Virus record (IMG/VR): IMGVR_UViG_3300018432_000304
Span: 1-55,092 of that record
Direction: 5' to 3' (one strand)
DNA: 55,092 nucleotides
Source of the DNA: a virus
Lineage: Duplodnaviria; Caudoviricetes
Below the pieces are notes generated by a model. It searched no databases and had not been told where the DNA came from. It saw nothing but the letters and a program-made list of their open reading frames with translations. Position numbers and translations under genes: made by a program. Below are positions 1 to 8,938 of this stretch, piece after piece; within the stretch, counting starts at the first letter, position 1; each line of letters opens with the position of its first letter.

Positions 1-1
1 C

Positions 2-214
2 CGCGACAACATCCGCGGCCTGTGGGAGTGGATCGACGGGAAGGCCTACTACGAGCCGGACATGTCCATCTCCGGGCTCACCGTCTTCACGCCCGGCGGC
101 CGGGTCAAGGCCAGCTTCGGGGACTGGATCATCCGAGGGCGCGAGGGCAGGTTCTACGCCTGCAAGCCCGAGGTGTTCGCCGCGCTGTACGGCAACCCGA
201 ATGGTGCGGCGTGA
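2..214 (+). CDS. Partial phage protein (GDWIIRG..G.FY.CKP..F family)
   Basis: Frame 2 reads ..KASFGDWIIRGREGRFYACKPEVFAALY..; TGA overlaps the next ATG. Confidence 0.7.
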   Translation, partial: RDNIRGLWEWIDGKAYYEPDMSISGLTVFTPGGRVKASFGDWIIRGREGRFYACKPEVFAALYGNPNGAA

Positions 215-390
215 TGGATTTCCTCTGCGACCGCTGCACCCGCCCCACCCACATCTGCCCCTGCACCGACACCGAGGCCGCCCGCCGCGAAGTGCAACGC
301 CGCCACCGCGACTCCGTCCGGTTGGCACGGGCACACGGTTGGGCTGGACACGCCCTCCCCGACCCGGCTGGCAGGAGGTGGGCAGCTTGA
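214..390 (+). CDS. Small Cys-containing hypothetical phage protein
   Basis: MDFLCDRCTRPTHICPC; coupled overlaps at both ends. Confidence 0.55.
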   Translation: MDFLCDRCTRPTHICPCTDTEAARREVQRRHRDSVRLARAHGWAGHALPDPAGRRWAA

Positions 391-803
391 GCGCCGCCCG
401 CAGGTTCGCCGTCGTACTGCCGACCCTGCTCGTCGCGCACAACGTCGCCGACCACATCGTGCAGACCGACCACCAAGCCGCAACGAAGACCACCAGCTGG
501 GCCGCCATGGCCGGACACGTCGGCAGCTACCAGGCCACCCAGGCCGCCGCATTGGCTGCTGTCGCCGCGCTCACCGGTGAGCGGCTGTCCTGGCAGCGCG
601 TCCTGCTCGGCAGCGCGTTCTCGGCCGCCACTCATGCGTTCCTTGACCGCCGGTGGCCGGTGCGGAAGACGCTGGAGGCGACGAGGTCACCGAACTTCGC
701 GGACATGACCGCGCCGCTGCACGGCATGTACCTGGCCGACCAGGCGCTGCACCACGGCTGCCTGCTGGTGTCGGCCCTGCTGATCGCAGGGAGAGCCCGG
801 TGA
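387..803 (+). CDS. DUF3307-like membrane protein
   Basis: AHNVADHIVQTD, THAFLD and ADQALH motifs; AGGAGG RBS before TTG. Confidence 0.7.
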   Translation: MSAARRFAVVLPTLLVAHNVADHIVQTDHQAATKTTSWAAMAGHVGSYQATQAAALAAVAALTGERLSWQRVLLGSAFSAATHAFLDRRWPVRKTLEATRSPNFADMTAPLHGMYLADQALHHGCLLVSALLIAGRAR

Positions 804-1000
804 CTGACCCGCTTGTGGCCCGACTGGCCGAAGTCCTCGTCGCAGCCCAACGCAGGCACCGCACCCGACGCGGCTGGGGCGCCTACACCACGCTCGCCAT
901 CCCGGACGGCCTGATCGACGAAATCGCCGCCGGCATCGCACCCGTGTTGCGCGACCTGGTGCGGGAAACCGTCAACGAGCAGCAGGAGGCGAAGGCGTGA
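800..1000 (+). CDS. Hypothetical phage protein
   Basis: GTGA-coupled ORF VTDPLVARLAEVL.. Confidence 0.55.
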   Translation: MTDPLVARLAEVLVAAQRRHRTRRGWGAYTTLAIPDGLIDEIAAGIAPVLRDLVRETVNEQQEAKA

Positions 1001-1491
1001 CCGCCGCGAGGACCCCAGCCCAGCGGGGCGCCTGGTCCCGCAACAAGGGCGCCAAAGCCGAACGGAACCTCGTCGCCTACCTCCGCCAGGTCGGATTCGG
1101 CGGGGCGGAGCGGGCCGTGCGCACCGGATACCGCACCACGACGCGCACCTCGGCCGACCCGGGTGACCTGACCGGCACCCCCGGCATCGTCTGGTCGATC
1201 AAGGACGTAGCCGAGGCCGAGGCGCGCAAGCCCTCCGTACTGGCGGGCTGGTTCGTCGAGCTCGACGCGATGGAGGGCACCGACGTCGTCCGGCTGCTGG
1301 TGCACAAGCGCAGCGGCTGCGTCGACCCCGGCCGCTGGTGGTGCTGGATGCGTCTCCGGACGCTGCTCGCCCTCGACGGCCACGAGCGGCTGTCGACCCC
1401 CTACGAGGTGCCGGTGCGCATGGATCTGGGCGACGTCGTGCTGTTCCTGCACGCGGCCGGGTACGGCGACCAGGCCGAGGTGGCGTCGTGA
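997..1491 (+). CDS. Holliday junction resolvase-like PD-(D/E)xK nuclease
   Basis: SRNKGAKAER..YLR..GF..AER and DPGDLTG..VWSIK pattern. Confidence 0.7.
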   Translation: MTAARTPAQRGAWSRNKGAKAERNLVAYLRQVGFGGAERAVRTGYRTTTRTSADPGDLTGTPGIVWSIKDVAEAEARKPSVLAGWFVELDAMEGTDVVRLLVHKRSGCVDPGRWWCWMRLRTLLALDGHERLSTPYEVPVRMDLGDVVLFLHAAGYGDQAEVAS

Positions 1492-1814
1492 ACGCCCTCA
1501 GGGGCCGTCAGAGCACCCACCCCCAGCCCCGTAACCCTCGGACGCCACCACAAACGCCCCACGACGCACTCAGACGGCAGCAATGCGCAACCAGAAGCAA
1601 CCTGGTTCGCCACCCTGCGCCAAACCCCACCCAAACCCGCGCCACGACGAGCAACCCTGCGCACCCGAGCCACCACCGAAACCCTCACCGGATGCGCCGG
1701 GATCGCCCTCCTCTGGCCCGGACTGCTCATGCCGTCCTGGTGGCTCGCCGCAGCAGGCATGACCGCCCTCGTCGCCTGGGCCGTCATGTACATCAACGAC
1801 GCCGGGAGAACCCC

Positions 1815-2105
1815 ATGACCGAGCGCTTCCCCTTCGACGACTACCCGCCCGCCGAGAAGCCCCAAGGCGCTGTGAACCCGCTGCACGGATGGAAGCGCTT
1901 CACGAGGTCGCTACCCCGCGTCCACGCCTACCAGCTGCCCGGTTACGGGGTGACCTACCGGTCGCTGCAGCGGTTCATTCACGCCCGCGGACGGTGTGTG
2001 CTCGCCCGCGGTCCGGTCATGGACGACGGCCGACGACTCTGGAAGTGCTCCTGGTGCGGTCACCGGATCGCCGAGCCAGCCCCGTTCCCGGTCGTGATCC
2101 CGTGA
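1815..2105 (+). CDS. Hypothetical protein with C-terminal CxxC
   Basis: GGGAG RBS before ATG; WKCSWCGH. Confidence 0.55.
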   Translation: MTERFPFDDYPPAEKPQGAVNPLHGWKRFTRSLPRVHAYQLPGYGVTYRSLQRFIHARGRCVLARGPVMDDGRRLWKCSWCGHRIAEPAPFPVVIP

Positions 2106-2224
2106 CCCGCCCCCTCCGCGTCACCCTCTACACCGCCGGAGCCCTCGGTGTCCTCGCCACCGCATGGCTCCTCATCGTCGGAGCAGCCGTCACCGCCCAA
2201 CTCATCTGGTGGTGGCTCACATGA
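2102..2224 (+). CDS. Small single-TM protein
   Basis: Coupled overlaps; hydrophobic helix. Confidence 0.45.
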   Translation: MTRPLRVTLYTAGALGVLATAWLLIVGAAVTAQLIWWWLT

Positions 2225-2688
2225 CCACCCCGAACGGAGACCCAGTGACCGACCACCTGGAGCAGGCCGCCGCCAAGAACATCGAGCTTGCCCACCGGCT
2301 GACATCGAGGAACGCGAACGAGGCCGTGACGGCGGAGGAGGCCGCGCAGCACATGACCTACCTCGCCGGTCTCATCCGCGGCGGAGCGGTGCGGGCGCTG
2401 CCGGGGCGCTGCGGAGCAGAGGGGATGGCCCTGCTCGTCGGAGAGGCCCCGTACTGCGCGCTCCGTGCCGGCCACGCGGGCTGGCACGAGGACGAGGACG
2501 GGTGCAGCTGGGGCGAGGTGGACGAACTGCGCGACCAAGCGAAGCTGAGCCAGGAGAAGGAACGCCTGATCATCGAGCAGCGCGACGCGCTCCTACGGGC
2601 AGCACGGGCGTTCCTCGACAACCCCAGCAGCGGTCTCGCGGTGCACGGCCTGCGCGAGGTCGTCGAGCGGGTCGAGGCCGAGAAGTGA
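2221..2688 (+). CDS. Hypothetical phage protein
   Basis: ATGA coupling; GC3-biased frame. Confidence 0.6.
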   Translation: MTTPNGDPVTDHLEQAAAKNIELAHRLTSRNANEAVTAEEAAQHMTYLAGLIRGGAVRALPGRCGAEGMALLVGEAPYCALRAGHAGWHEDEDGCSWGEVDELRDQAKLSQEKERLIIEQRDALLRAARAFLDNPSSGLAVHGLREVVERVEAEK

Positions 2689-2802
2689 GAAGGGCCCTCG
2701 CCGCGCTTGGCTTCGCGACGAGGGCCCAGCTACGCGCAAATGACAGTGACGGGTCATCAGGGAGCGACGCAGCGAAGCGGATCGTACCCCCGGAGGCTGA
2801 TC

Positions 2803-3636
2803 TTGTCCGACATTGACACGCCACATCGGCCGGAATCGGCCTCAACCGACGGTTGCGCCGTCTGCTCCGCCCCAACCGGCGACGGCGCCCGCATCTGCCG
2901 CACGCACTCCGATGGCCTCCTCAGCGACCTCCAAGCCGTCCCCGACCTCGTCGCCGAACTGGAGGTCACCCGCACCCGCCAGTCCCGCATCACCGCCGGC
3001 AAACACGGCGGACGCAGCGCCGAGAGGCCGTTGCCGTGGAACGAGCACACCGCGCAGGTCGCCACCGACCTCAACACCACCGTCAACGCGTGGGCGTTGG
3101 ACACCAGCCGACTCGGGGAGGACGAGCGGGACCTCCTCGCCGAACACCACTACAGCGACACCGCAGCCGCCGCCTCCTGGCTCGCCCGCAACATCCGCAC
3201 CCTCCGACAGCACTCCGAGGCCGGGCAGGCGTGGGATGAGCTCACCAACGCCATCCGGGAGGCGCGGAGGGCCGTCGACCGGCCGTTAGAGCGCGTGTTC
3301 GCCGGACCATGCGGAGCCCCCGACGACGCCGGGTTCGCCTGCAAGGAAGACCTGTACGCCGCCCCCGGGAAGACCACCGTCACCTGCAAGAGCTGCGGCA
3401 ACCACCACGACATGGCCCAACGTCGCGAATGGATGCTGTCCATCATCGAAGACCAGGTCGCCTACAGCGGCCTCCTCGCCGGGCTCGTCTCAAACCTCGG
3501 CGTCCAGATCGGATCGTCGACCATCCGCCGGTATGCCTCCGCCGGGCGCATCAAGGTCATCTCCGTCGACGCCAAGCGCAGGCCGCTGTACCGCATCGGG
3601 GACGTGCTGGACGTGTTCCTCAAGCGAGCCGCATGA
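2803..3636 (+). CDS. Zn-ribbon/HTH DNA-binding protein (candidate late-gene regulator)
   Basis: N-terminal CxxC, central C..C..CxxC, C-terminal STIRRYASAGRI..LYRIGDV winged HTH; typical position before packaging genes. Confidence 0.7.
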   Translation: MSDIDTPHRPESASTDGCAVCSAPTGDGARICRTHSDGLLSDLQAVPDLVAELEVTRTRQSRITAGKHGGRSAERPLPWNEHTAQVATDLNTTVNAWALDTSRLGEDERDLLAEHHYSDTAAAASWLARNIRTLRQHSEAGQAWDELTNAIREARRAVDRPLERVFAGPCGAPDDAGFACKEDLYAAPGKTTVTCKSCGNHHDMAQRREWMLSIIEDQVAYSGLLAGLVSNLGVQIGSSTIRRYASAGRIKVISVDAKRRPLYRIGDVLDVFLKRAA

Positions 3637-3902
3637 TGTCCTGTGTGACCGAACCGAGCAGCGACCAGCCCTTGCTGATCGTGGCTGACAACTACCGGCT
3701 CGCCTGCCACTACGCCACCGAGCACGACCTCGGGCGCGAAGGGCGCAACTGGCGCTACGTGAGCCGAATCGAGCAGGTGCGCGGCATGCGTGGCGGCCGG
3801 TACGCGACCATCACGCTCGGATCCCGGGGCCACGCCACCGGCCGTGTGGCGATGTGGGAGCTCAGCCGCGAGCTGCGCAGGCGTGGGTTCGAGCCGGTGT
3901 AG
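3633..3902 (+). CDS. Hypothetical phage protein
   Basis: ATGA coupling. Confidence 0.5.
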   Translation: MMSCVTEPSSDQPLLIVADNYRLACHYATEHDLGREGRNWRYVSRIEQVRGMRGGRYATITLGSRGHATGRVAMWELSRELRRRGFEPV

Positions 3903-4031
3903 CGCCCGGCGCCTACCACTGAACCCCTGACTTGACAAGAGCCGTAGGTGAACAGCAAGATCCCTATGATTACGCAAGAGCTGGCCCCGGAGACCACGGT
4001 CCCGGGGCCCTCTGCATGTCAGGGGGTCTGC

Positions 4032-4235
4032 GTGCCCGCACTCCACATCGTCGGAGCCGACGGCCACCGATACCCCACCCCCGACATCCCCACCATCGAC
4101 ACACACCTCACAAGCCTCGCCGCCCAACTGCGCCCCAACCAACCGATAGCGCCAGTACGGCGGCGAAACATCCAAGCAACAGTCGATCGGCTCCTCGAGG
4201 CCAGGTCGCTGCTGCAGCAACTGCAAGACGCGTGA
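4032..4235 (+). CDS. Hypothetical phage protein
   Basis: AGGGGG RBS before GTG. Confidence 0.45.
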   Translation: MPALHIVGADGHRYPTPDIPTIDTHLTSLAAQLRPNQPIAPVRRRNIQATVDRLLEARSLLQQLQDA

Positions 4236-4337
4236 CCCTGCCGAAGTGGTGGGGGCTCGCGCTCACCCTCACCCTGCTCATCGCAGTGTGCGCATGGGTG
4301 ATGGTGCGGTTCTGGCCGTAGATGGCAGGAGGCCGCC

Positions 4338-4526
4338 ATGGCCATCTGGCTCAAACGCTTCCACCTCACGATGATGATCGCGTGGGCCGCGCTGGCCATC
4401 CCCGGGATCCTGTGGTGGAAAGAGTCCATCCTGTTCGTGATCATCCTCAGCCTGTACGCCAACTTCGCCGGCGAGTTCGCCGCCTACCAGGCCAGCCGCG
4501 CCGAAGAGAAACAGGACGAGGACTGA
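4338..4526 (+). CDS. Small two-TM membrane protein
   Basis: AGGAGG RBS; hydrophobic segments, acidic tail. Confidence 0.7.
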   Translation: MAIWLKRFHLTMMIAWAALAIPGILWWKESILFVIILSLYANFAGEFAAYQASRAEEKQDED

Positions 4527-4536
4527 GGAGACCGCC

Positions 4537-4845
4537 GTGGGCAAGCTCGAGAAGGTCCCCGGCGTCCAGAACTGGATCGACAAGCTCCCAGCCGGCCTCA
4601 AGGCCCAATGGCACCGATCGATCATCTACCGCGCCGCGGTGCACATGCACCAGGAGCGTGGGATGCCAGTCGGCATGGCCATCGCCTCAGCGATCAACTG
4701 GTGCAAGCACATCGCCGCCACCGGGGACGTCAAGCAGTGGCCCGGACCCCAGAGCGTCAACCCGAAGTCCCGCGCGGAGTGCGTCGCAGCGCTCGCCACC
4801 TGGGAAGCCATGAAGGCGTCCGCGCGAGCCTCCCGGAAGAGCTGA
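4537..4845 (+). CDS. Actinophage hypothetical protein
   Basis: GAGGAG RBS; AIASAINWCK..ATGD..WE motif. Confidence 0.65.
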   Translation: MGKLEKVPGVQNWIDKLPAGLKAQWHRSIIYRAAVHMHQERGMPVGMAIASAINWCKHIAATGDVKQWPGPQSVNPKSRAECVAALATWEAMKASARASRKS

Positions 4846-4847
4846 GC

Positions 4848-5213
4848 GTGGCCTCTGGCCAATGGCAGGGCAGCACCCGCCGCCAGACGCTCGGCAAGGA
4901 CTACTTCCGCAACCGGGCCATCGTCATGCGCCGCGACCAGCGCCAGTGCCAGATCCGCGACCCTGGCTGCATCGGCACCGCGAACCAGTGCGACCACATC
5001 GGCGACCGACTCGACCACCGCCCGGAGAACATGCGGGCCGCCTGCGAGCCGTGCCACCAACGCCGCTCATCCGGGCAAGGCGGAGCAGCCGCCGGACGGG
5101 CCGCCCGCACACGGGCCGCCTCCCGCAACCGTCCACAAGAGTCACACCCCGGCCTCGTGCCACAACCCGCCGCGCCTGAGCGGCCAGCCGCTCCCGGAGG
5201 GAGAACACGATGA
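4848..5213 (+). CDS. Terminase-associated HNH endonuclease
   Basis: RRDQRQCQ..C..CDH..DHRPENMRAACEPCH; upstream of terS. Confidence 0.85.
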   Translation: MASGQWQGSTRRQTLGKDYFRNRAIVMRRDQRQCQIRDPGCIGTANQCDHIGDRLDHRPENMRAACEPCHQRRSSGQGGAAAGRAARTRAASRNRPQESHPGLVPQPAAPERPAAPGGRTR

Positions 5214-5590
5214 AGGTCACGCTCACCCGCCGTTGGGGCCCGTACCGGGCCGGCAAGCAGGTCGACGTCGACGACGTCCAGGGTGCTTGGCTTGTCCAGC
5301 ACAACTACGCCGAGTCCACCCCCGAGGTCCAGGCGCCGGAGCAGCCAGCCGCCGCTGAGGGCGCCCATGGTGCGGACCCGCTCGCCGGTGGTGACGCGAC
5401 CCGCCGTCGCCCCCGCGTACCCCGCAAGGCGTACGACCCGGACGTGAACCGTGCCCTCGCCGGTGAGGGTGTCCCGCCCACCTACCGGGCTGGCCACTCG
5501 GGCCCGGGCAGCAAGCCTGCTGGTGACCCCGCCCTGGACCAGCCCGCCGACAAGAAGCCCGCCAGGCACCGGAGCAAGTCCGAGTCCTGA
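5210..5590 (+). CDS. Hypothetical phage protein
   Basis: GGAG RBS, ATGA overlap; MKVTLTRRWGPYRAGKQVDVDD. Confidence 0.65.
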   Translation: MKVTLTRRWGPYRAGKQVDVDDVQGAWLVQHNYAESTPEVQAPEQPAAAEGAHGADPLAGGDATRRRPRVPRKAYDPDVNRALAGEGVPPTYRAGHSGPGSKPAGDPALDQPADKKPARHRSKSES

Positions 5591-6108
5591 CGGGACCCAC
5601 CCGCCTGGCAGGGGTAGGCGGGCCATGGGTGGGTGGGTGCAGTACCACCACCTACCTAGCCCGCCCCTCCCAGGCCCTGCCACCCAGCCCGCACACCCAC
5701 AGCGGGACAGGCACACAGCCACCTCGACCATCACGAGGTCGAGCACCTCGAACACTGCACAGCGCATGCGCACACGCACACAGCTGCACACGTTGACGTA
5801 CGCGACGAGCTGCACGCAGGTACCGAAGTGGTAGCCGACGCAGGCACCAGCTCACCACGTTGCACAAGCAGCAACGCGCAGGTCGACAGCAACCACACGA
5901 CGTGAGTGCAGCACGTCGTGAAGCACACATGAGCAGCACGACGAGCTCGCGCACAACGCAGCAGCACAAGCACGCAGAGCACAACGAACAGCACGCACAT
6001 CACGACGACGTAGCCCCGCGCTCGAGCCCAGCGCACCAGGCCAGCCAGCCCGAGGTCACAGCCAGTGACGGAGGGTGGGGGAGGCCCCCGACACCGTCGG
6101 CCCCCTAC

Positions 6109-6119
6109 CGGTTCGCCAT
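6109..6119 (+). other. Candidate cos site (CGGTTCGCCAT)
   Basis: Between HNH and terS, after a GGGTGGGGGAGGCCCCC run; resembles the 10-11 nt 3' overhangs of actinophages. Confidence 0.45.
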
Positions 6120-6191
6120 AGCGCCTCCGGCTGTGCGTGCCTCTGATCGGCTTTCCAACTACCGACAGTGACATCCAGGCTGGAGGCCCTC

Positions 6192-6563
6192 GTGTCCACT
6201 CCGAAGGCCCCCGCCAAGCTCGGACCTCAGGGCCGCGCGCTCTGGAACTCGATCATCCCGCAGTACGAACTGCGCCCCGACGAGATGCGGGTGCTCGCTG
6301 ACGCGTGCCGCGAGGCTGACCTGATCGAGCGCCTGCACGACGAGCTGGCCGTCTCCGACCTCATCACCCGCGGGTCGATGGGCCAGGAGGTCGCGTCGCC
6401 ACACGTGAGCGAGATCCGGCAGCACCGCACCGTTCTGGCGAACCTGCTCAAGACCCTCAAGATCCCCGACACCCCCGCTGGTTCGGCGCGGAAGCGCGCC
6501 CAGACCTCGGAGGCCGCCCGCTCGGCCGCTCGCGCCCGGTGGGGCAGTGGCGCGGGTGCGTGA
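6192..6563 (+). CDS. terS: Terminase small subunit
   Basis: GPQGRALW..YELRPDE..LADACREAD..GSMGQ..P.VSEIRQHR..ARARW. Confidence 0.9.
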   Translation: MSTPKAPAKLGPQGRALWNSIIPQYELRPDEMRVLADACREADLIERLHDELAVSDLITRGSMGQEVASPHVSEIRQHRTVLANLLKTLKIPDTPAGSARKRAQTSEAARSAARARWGSGAGA

Positions 6564-8176
6564 TGCAGCGCCCTCCGCTCGCTGCTGACGGGCTCCCGGT
6601 CGGGATGCCTGACCAGTACGGCATCACGACGCTCGGCTGGGGTGTGCTGGCGTGGGCGGAGGAGTTCCTGGCCCAGCCGGACGGTGCGAACGCCGGCGAG
6701 GCGTGGCGGTGGACCGGCACGCAGGCGCGGATCGTGGCCTGGTGGTACGCCGTCGACGACCGCGGGAAATGGCTGTACCGCCGAGGTCAGGTGGTGCTGC
6801 CGAAGGGATCCGGGAAGTCGCCCCTGGCGGCAGCGTTGTGCTGCTGCGAGCTGGCCGGCGAGGTGCTGTTCGACGGGTTCGACGCCTCCGGTGAGGCAGT
6901 GGGGCGGCCGCACCCTTCGCCGCACGTGCAGCTGGCCGCGGTGTCCGAGCAGCAGACGGACAACACGATGTCGCTGGTGCTGGCGATGCTCCGCGAGGGC
7001 GCAGCGGCGAGCGAGATCCCCGGCCTGGACCTGGGTGTGACCCGCGTGCGGACCCGGAACGGGATCCTGATGCCTGTCACCGCCTCGGCGAGCTCGCGGG
7101 AGGGGCAGCGGCTCACGGCCGCGATCCTGGACGAGCCGCACCTGTGGACCGCCACCAACGGCGGGATCCGGTTGGCTGCGACGCTGCGACGCAACCTGGG
7201 CAAGATGAACGGCCGCTCGATCGAGACCACGAACGCCTGGGTACCCGGCGAGGACACCGTCGCCGAGCTCACCTCGGTGTACGCGGACAAGGTCGCAGAG
7301 CAGGCCGCGGACGGCCAGGCCCGGGTGCTTGAGGAGGGTGTACTCCGATTCCACCCGAAGGCGCACGTGCCGTCGCTCGCGGACGGTGACGCGTTGCGGG
7401 CGGGGCTGGAGAGCCTCTACCGGGACAGCCCGTGGATCGATATCGACCGCATCATGGCCGAGGTGCTCGACCCGGCCACGCACCCGTCCGACGCACGCCG
7501 CTTCTACCTCAACGCCGTGGTCAGTGCGGATGACGCGCTGGTCACCGCCGAGGAGTGGGAGGTCTGCTACCTCGACGACGTGCTCGAGCCGGGTGAGGAG
7601 ATCACGCTCGGGTTCGACGGGTCGAAGAGCGACGACTCGACGGTGCTGGTTGCGATGCGGGTGCATGACCGGTTCGCCACGGTCGTGGGCGCTTCGGAGA
7701 AGCCGGAGCGTTCGGTCGGCTGGGAGGTCGACCGGGAGTTCTTCGACGGCCTGGTGGCGTCGATGTTCGCGCAGTACCGCGTCGTCGGCTTCTACAGCGA
7801 CGTGGCGCATTTCGAGTCGTACGTGGATCGGTGGTCCGCGGAGTACGGGTCGGGGCTGCTCTCCGCGGCGACCCCGAAGTCGGCGGTCGGGTGGGACATG
7901 CGCGGGCGTCTGGCGCAGCTCACTGCGGCTACGGAGCGTTTGGTGGCCGGGATCCAGGACGGCAGCCTCCGCCACGACGGTGGTGGGTTGCTGCGCCGGC
8001 ATGTGCTCAACGCGCGGCGGCGCCCGAATCGGTGGGGCATCAGCTTCGGTAAGGAACGGCGCGACAGCCCCCGCAAGGTGGACGCGTTCGCGGCCCTGCA
8101 GCTCGCGGACATGGCCCGCGCCGACGTCATCGCAGTGACCAGCAAGCAGCGACAGCGATCCGGCCGGGTCTGGTAG
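6563..8176 (+). CDS. terL: Terminase large subunit
   Basis: Walker A PKGSGKS, Walker B AILDE, nuclease GFDGSKSDDST and KVDA. Confidence 0.95.
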   Translation: MQRPPLAADGLPVGMPDQYGITTLGWGVLAWAEEFLAQPDGANAGEAWRWTGTQARIVAWWYAVDDRGKWLYRRGQVVLPKGSGKSPLAAALCCCELAGEVLFDGFDASGEAVGRPHPSPHVQLAAVSEQQTDNTMSLVLAMLREGAAASEIPGLDLGVTRVRTRNGILMPVTASASSREGQRLTAAILDEPHLWTATNGGIRLAATLRRNLGKMNGRSIETTNAWVPGEDTVAELTSVYADKVAEQAADGQARVLEEGVLRFHPKAHVPSLADGDALRAGLESLYRDSPWIDIDRIMAEVLDPATHPSDARRFYLNAVVSADDALVTAEEWEVCYLDDVLEPGEEITLGFDGSKSDDSTVLVAMRVHDRFATVVGASEKPERSVGWEVDREFFDGLVASMFAQYRVVGFYSDVAHFESYVDRWSAEYGSGLLSAATPKSAVGWDMRGRLAQLTAATERLVAGIQDGSLRHDGGGLLRRHVLNARRRPNRWGISFGKERRDSPRKVDAFAALQLADMARADVIAVTSKQRQRSGRVW

Positions 8177-8185
8177 GAGGAACAC

Positions 8186-8497
8186 GTGGCTACGCACTCC
8201 GTGGCGGGCGCCCAGGTGGGCGTGCACAACCTGGCGCTGTCAGCAGGCGTAGAGGAGATCGTCCAGTTCTCCGAGGACGTCGAGCAGGTGGAGGTCACCC
8301 AGGTCACGGGCGCCGCGCCGGTGTACTTCTCCACGGACGGCTCGGCAGCCGAGGTGCCCACCGCGGGTGCCCCGTCGGCGTGCTACAGCACGCTCACGAC
8401 GCTGGCACCGGTGGCGTTGGACCCCCGCACGTGGCAGTCGACCAGCATCCGGCTGATCTGTTCGGCCTCCGCGACCGTCTCTGTTGTGAGGGCCTGA
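8186..8497 (+). CDS. Small beta-rich virion-associated protein
   Basis: AGGAGG RBS; between terL and portal. Confidence 0.6.
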   Translation: MATHSVAGAQVGVHNLALSAGVEEIVQFSEDVEQVEVTQVTGAAPVYFSTDGSAAEVPTAGAPSACYSTLTTLAPVALDPRTWQSTSIRLICSASATVSVVRA

Positions 8498-8498
8498 T

Positions 8499-8885
8499 AT
8501 GGGCATCTCGCGGCGTTACTCGCTCGGCGGTTCGTCCGGCTCGGTGGAGGTCGGGGTCGGGGACGTCGAGGGCTTGCAGGACGAGCTGGACGACAAGGCC
8601 GACACCGTGCACACGCACGCGGGAACCGACCTCACCTCCGACGTCGCCATCGCCAACATCCCGACGGGTACGAGTGGCACCACGGTCGCGCTCGGGAACC
8701 ACACGCACGCCATCGCCAATGTCGTCAACCTGCAGACCACTCTGAACGGGAAGCAGGACACGCTCGCGGCCGGGGTTGTCATGACCGGCACCGCGTCGGC
8801 GGTCGAGGACGTGGCGGCCGCGCCCACCATGGAGGAGTTCAACGGCCTCCTCGCCGCCCTCCGCGTCCGCGGTGTCATCTCCTGA
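8499..8885 (+). CDS. Head fibre-like protein
   Basis: DVEGLQDELDDKAD..HTH fibre repeats; C-terminal APTMEEFNGLLAALR..GVI. Confidence 0.6.
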   Translation: MGISRRYSLGGSSGSVEVGVGDVEGLQDELDDKADTVHTHAGTDLTSDVAIANIPTGTSGTTVALGNHTHAIANVVNLQTTLNGKQDTLAAGVVMTGTASAVEDVAAAPTMEEFNGLLAALRVRGVIS

Positions 8886-8938
8886 TCAGCACCCCTTTCA
8901 CTGCGCCGACCGCCGATCATCTCGCCGAAGGGGGATGA

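Noticed and set aside
3932-3970. Sigma70 promoter TTGACA..TATGAT
   Set aside because: Spacer is about 27 bp; the -10 may belong to an activator-dependent late promoter, but this is unsupported
5731-6174. Cys/Val-rich minus-strand ORF (and His/Gln-rich plus-strand ORF 5860-6171)
   Set aside because: Composition follows from the GCAC low-complexity tract; no RBS or codon bias
6563-8176. Intein or intron in terminase
   Set aside because: Normal length and contiguous motifs
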